DNA of 64,000 nucleotides, from positions 12,090,001 through 12,154,000 of the forward strand of contig NC_043025.1 of assembly GCF_006345805.1 (NCBI RefSeq), read 5' to 3'. The position numbers were made by a program, and so were the translations under genes. Shown here piece after piece: positions 61,149 to 64,000 of this stretch. The notes beneath the pieces are model-generated. The model was not told the DNA's origin. It saw nothing but the letters and a program-made list of their open reading frames with translations, and did not search any database. Positions within the stretch are counted from its first letter, which is position 1; the number at the start of each line of letters is the position of its first letter. This DNA is from Octopus sinensis. Lineage: Eukaryota.

Positions 61149-61369
61149 CTGTGTTTGTCCCCCTAGCATTGCTTGACAACCGATGCTGGTGTGTTTACGT
61201 CCCTGTCACTCAGCGGTTTGGCAAAAGAGACCGATAGAATAAGTACCGGGCTTACAAAGAATAAGTCCCGGGGTCAATTTGCTCGACTAAAGGCGGTGCT
61301 CCAGCATGGCCACAGTCAAATGACTGAAACAAGTAAAAGAGTAAGAGTAATCCCTGGCCGGATACAAAC

Positions 61370-61810
61370 GTACCTGTCTCTATACCTTTCGTACGCGTCT
61401 TCCATACTGTTTCTTTCAGTATGGCTACTACGCAGGAAAAAAACAAGCCTTCCTTTCCCCGCTGAGGAAGGGAGGTGGCACAATCTCAATGATAGACTCC
61501 GCTGATAGCTGTACTCTTCCATTCACTAACAACAGTTCTTCGGCAAAAGCAATCAGTCCTGATAACTCCGGACACTCCACGAATGCGTGCAAGACAGTTT
61601 CCCTATCCCGCTCGCATCGCGGACATGTCGGCGAGACGGCACTTCCGTGCCTTGACAGCTTGTCGCGAACAGCTAAAGCCGCACGGAAACACTGCCAGGC
61701 CAGGGATTTCAGGTAATTATCCAGATACCCCGGCCCGTATTATAATGATGCTCTGCATAGCACCGAATTCTCAGAGGAGATCCAACATTAATAATGAAGG
61801 GATAAAAGCC
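61370..61810 (-). mobile_element. L1/Tx1-clade LINE ORF2 C-terminal (zf-RVT-like) remnant
   Basis: Minus strand KSLAWQCFRAALAVRDKLSRHGSAVSPTCPRCERDRETVLHAFVECP. Confidence 0.7.
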
Positions 61811-64000
61811 TGTAGGACTAGAAAGGTTTTGTGGATCAATCCAACCTTGAGCGCCACTGTTGGAACTAATACTCTTATACTTGTTTCAGTCATTTGACTG
61901 CGGCCATGCTGAAGCACTGCCTTTACTCGAACAAATCGACCCCGGGACTTATTCTTTGTAAGTCCAGTACTTATTCTATCGGTCTCTTTTGCCGAACCGC
62001 TAAGTGACGGGGACGTAAACACACCAGCATCGGTTGTCAAGCGATGCTAGGGGGACAAACACAGACACACAAACATATACACACACATAAATATATATAT
62101 ATACATATATACGACAGGCTTCTTTCAGTTTCCGTCTACCAAATCCACTCACAAGGCTTTGGTCGGCCCGAGGCTATAGCAGAAGACACTTGCCCAAGAT
62201 GCCACGCAGTGGGACTGAACCCGGAACCACGTGGTTGGTTAGCAAGCTACTTACCACACAGCCACTCCTGCGCCTATATATATATATATATACACACATA
62301 TATATATACATATATACGATGGGCTTCTTTCAGTTTCCGTCTACCAAATCCACTCACAAGGTTTTGGTCGGCCCAGGGCTATAGCAGAAGACACTTGCCC
62401 AAGATGCCACGCAGTGGGACTGAACCCGGAACCACGTGGTTGGTTAGCAAGCTACTTACCACACAGCCACTCCTGCGCCTATATATATATATATACACAC
62501 ATATATATATATACATATATACGATGGGCTTCTTTCAGTTTCCGTCTACCAAATCCACTCACAAGGTTTTGGTCAGCCCGGGGCTATAGCAGAAGACACT
62601 TGCCCAAGATGCCACGCAGTGGGACTGAACCCGGAACCACGTGGTTGGTTAGCAAGCTACTTACCACACAGCCACTCCTGCGCTTGTAGGCAAAGAACTT
62701 TTTAATGTAGTTTCTCGGTATTTTCCAGCCAACCATAAAGACCAGAGAGTCTTCAATAGGGTTAGCTGTTCTTGTGACCAAGAACCTAAACTTGAATGTC
62801 AATGAAAGGATATGGAACCATTGCAAATAAGAGTTGACCATAGGTAATGTATCGGCTGAGAGACATTGTAAGTATAATAAAATATATTAGATGGTCTGGT
62901 AGTTGCAAAGATATTAAATTGTTTACAATATCCTTGCGAAGACCTGTTGAGGCAAGTAAAATCAGAATCAAAATCGCTCAAAAATCAATGGAAATTGTAG
63001 TTGTGATACAAGTGCCGGTGGCACATAAAAGAACCATCCAAACGTGGCTGTTGCCAGCCTCCCCTGGCACGTAAAAGAACCATCTGAATGTGGCCGTTGC
63101 CAGCACCGCCCCGACTGACCTCTATGCCGGTAACACATAAAAAGCACCAACCGATCATGACCGTTACCAGCCTCCCCTAGCACGTAAAAGAACCATCTGA
63201 ACCTGGCCATTGCCAGCGCCGCCCCGACTGACCTCTATGCCGGTGGCACGTAAAAAGCACCAACCGATAGTGACCGTTGCCAGCCTACCCTGGCACTGTG
63301 CTGGTGGCACGTAAAAAACAACCCACTACACTCACGGAGTGGTTGGCGTTAGGAAGGGCATCCAGCTGTAGAAACACTGCCAGATCAGACTGGAGCCTGG
63401 TGCAGACTCCTGGCTTCCCAGATCCCGGTCGAACCGTCCAACCCATGCTAGCATGGAGAACGGACGTTAAATGATGCTGCTGATGATGATGATAGGTTTA
63501 AAAACAATAAATTAAACAAAGATACAATTGATAATCCAACAATTTATTCGCATAATAATACAACCTAATATTCTATGAATATAATAACATAAATATTAAA
63601 AAAACCCAAAAAAGCCAACAATTTGTTTCGACTTATATATATTTTTTGATATATAAACAATTTAATCCCTTTAAATAAGCTGTCCCTTCACACAGAATTT
63701 CATCTATCTTCAAACCATTGGCTCTGATGAGACTTATACAAGGGAACTGAAATGTTTACTCTTACTCTTTTACTTGTTTCAGTCATTTGACTGCGGCCAT
63801 GCTGGAGCACCGCCTTTGATCGAGCAACTCGACCCCGCGACTTATTCTTTGTAAGCCCGGTAGTTATTCTATCGGTCTCTTTTGCCAAACCGCTAAGTTA
63901 CGGGTACATAAACACACCAGCATCGGTTGTCAAGCAATGCTAGGGGGACAAACACAGACACACAAACATACATATATACGACGGGCTTCTTTCAGTTTCC

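Noticed and set aside
63722-63760. CTGATGA...GAAA motif
   Set aside because: No consistent stems I-III.

Overview
AT-rich, repeat-saturated animal genomic DNA. The SINE and microsatellite repertoire suggests an octopus or other cephalopod (inference). Three host loci were reconstructed by hand from splice sites. (1) XPC/Rad4, the DNA-damage recognition gene: + strand, 21 coding exons from 2372 to 21402, every junction GT-AG and phase-consistent, about 1154 aa. (2) A C2H2 zinc-finger gene with a single coding exon: + strand, 36914-38466, about 11 fingers, with a 1-nt frameshift near 38036. (3) A locus hidden from the ORF track: a minus-strand ankyrin-repeat plus RING (Mind bomb-like) gene at 47197-54879 whose RING exon is disabled, so probably a pseudogene. 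The rest is mobile DNA: several tRNA-derived SINE families; RTE, CR1 and Tx1 LINE remnants; Penelope-like elements (PLEs); a Helitron PIF1-helicase fragment and non-autonomous Helitrons; mariner remnants; TTAA-flanked and long-TIR MITEs; large palindromes; and satellites. The most notable signals are: (a) several minimal type-I hammerhead ribozyme folds, probably from PLE terminal repeats, including a three-copy family with a non-canonical CUGUNGA-A core; (b) a 28S rRNA fragment inserted inside a MITE; (c) RTE 3' UTRs carrying copy-specific expandable minisatellites; (d) a nested palindrome cluster at 54.9-56.7 kb. No CRISPR or prokaryotic system is supported. All calls come from manual reading; no database searches were run.
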